Below are positions 63,666-64,000 of a DNA stretch of 64,000 nt, piece by piece; positions within the stretch are counted from its first letter, which is position 1; every line of letters begins with the position of its first letter. The position numbers were made by a program, and so were the translations under genes. Source of the stretch: an uncultured Pseudomonadales bacterium (GTDB taxonomy: Bacteria; Pseudomonadota; Gammaproteobacteria; Pseudomonadales; Azotimanducaceae); the NCBI GenBank assembly GCA_964572845.1, contig CAZNFX010000002.1, positions 49,123 to 113,122 on the forward strand, read 5' to 3'. The notes below the pieces were generated by a model. It worked only from the letters and a program-made list of their open reading frames with translations. It was not told where the DNA came from and searched no databases.

Positions 63666-64000
63666 CTAGGGCTGGTTGGCGGCCTTCCATTGCACCAACG
63701 TATACGGATTTTCGTCGTCGGCATGGTGCTCAAACACCGCTTCGACAGAACTCCCAATTCTCACTTCCTGCATTGGATCGCCTAGGAGATTGCCGACCAT
63801 ACGCGCTCCATTGCAATTGGGAAGTTCGACCAATACGACAATGTAGGGGCCCTGCTCGGCAAGTGCTGGATGCACAGGGTGCCACACTCGTTCATAACTG
63901 TATATGAAACCGAGAGGAGGGATTTCTTCAAATACGAGGTTTTCGCTGCAGCAGCGGTGGCAAGTCCATTCTGGTCCCCACTGATAAGCACCGCAATCGG
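63666..64000 (-). CDS. Zn-ribbon/OB-fold (DUF35) protein, 5'-truncated by the window edge
   Basis: Hand translation upstream of the listed Met continues in frame: ...WTCHRCCSENLVFEEIPPLGFIYSYERVWHPVH... The OB part is GPYIVVLVELPNCNGARMVGNL. Confidence 0.7.
   Translation of the reverse strand, partial: DCGAYQWGPEWTCHRCCSENLVFEEIPPLGFIYSYERVWHPVHPALAEQGPYIVVLVELPNCNGARMVGNLLGDPMQEVRIGSSVEAVFEHHADDENPYTLVQWKAANQP

Noticed and set aside
1-64000. Scanned for CRISPR repeats, IS elements or transposases, integrases, rRNA and tRNA genes, and REP-like dispersed repeats.
   Set aside because: No regularly spaced direct repeats, no DDE or tyrosine-recombinase motifs in any listed ORF, and no cloverleaf-like or T-loop sequences in the larger spacers. 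The short GTTAGC...GCTAAC palindromes at about 8613 and about 34340 are too short to claim a repeat family. This visual negative is weaker than a tRNAscan, Rfam or repeat-finder run.

Overview
This is a 64-kb chromosomal segment with about 57 protein-coding genes. By eye I found no rRNA, tRNA, CRISPR array, transposase or integrase.

**Backbone.** Most of the window is housekeeping and looks gammaproteobacterial. The polA / DUF2782 / thrB and engB / cytochrome c4 / dsbA arrangement (27.9-34.3 kb) is the one I know from Pseudomonas-like Gammaproteobacteria. Other core genes are polB, purE, tsaC, aroE, xthA, SURF1-SCO, egtB-egtD, a yejABE-type importer, a heterodimeric ABC exporter and a fused trpE(G).

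**Accessory-looking patches.**
- 0-8.7 kb holds gene remnants, a PhyH-type dioxygenase and a translationally coupled SbcD/SbcC-like (YhaO/YhaN-type) nuclease-ATPase pair that lacks a zinc hook. It also holds an AbiEi/AbiEii module whose toxin carries an extra C-terminal WYL-like domain. The patch ends in an AT-rich, palindrome-rich boundary.
- 48.6-49.6 kb holds a PhyH-family enzyme whose iron-binding H-x-D reads H-R-G, the radical-halogenase signature.
- 58.7-62.3 kb holds two tandem secreted proteins with a TIMP/netrin-like N-domain. One is predicted to mature to an N-terminal Cys-x-Cys. Divergent from them is a cassette of a TGA-interrupted toxin-like ORF, an MqsA-type Zn-ribbon-HTH protein and a translationally coupled ParA-like ATPase with a KGGVGRT P-loop.

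**Other oddities.**
- Three tandem DsbA paralogues.
- A haem-c plus beta-propeller exported protein.
- An amidase-mvaD-kinase block, which is a partial mevalonate pathway.
- An NCS2 permease with an unassigned C-terminal domain.
- A yejABE locus with no ATPase gene.

**Limits.** All calls rest on motif recognition in the supplied translations plus hand translation. No database search or folding was possible, and start codons are approximate.
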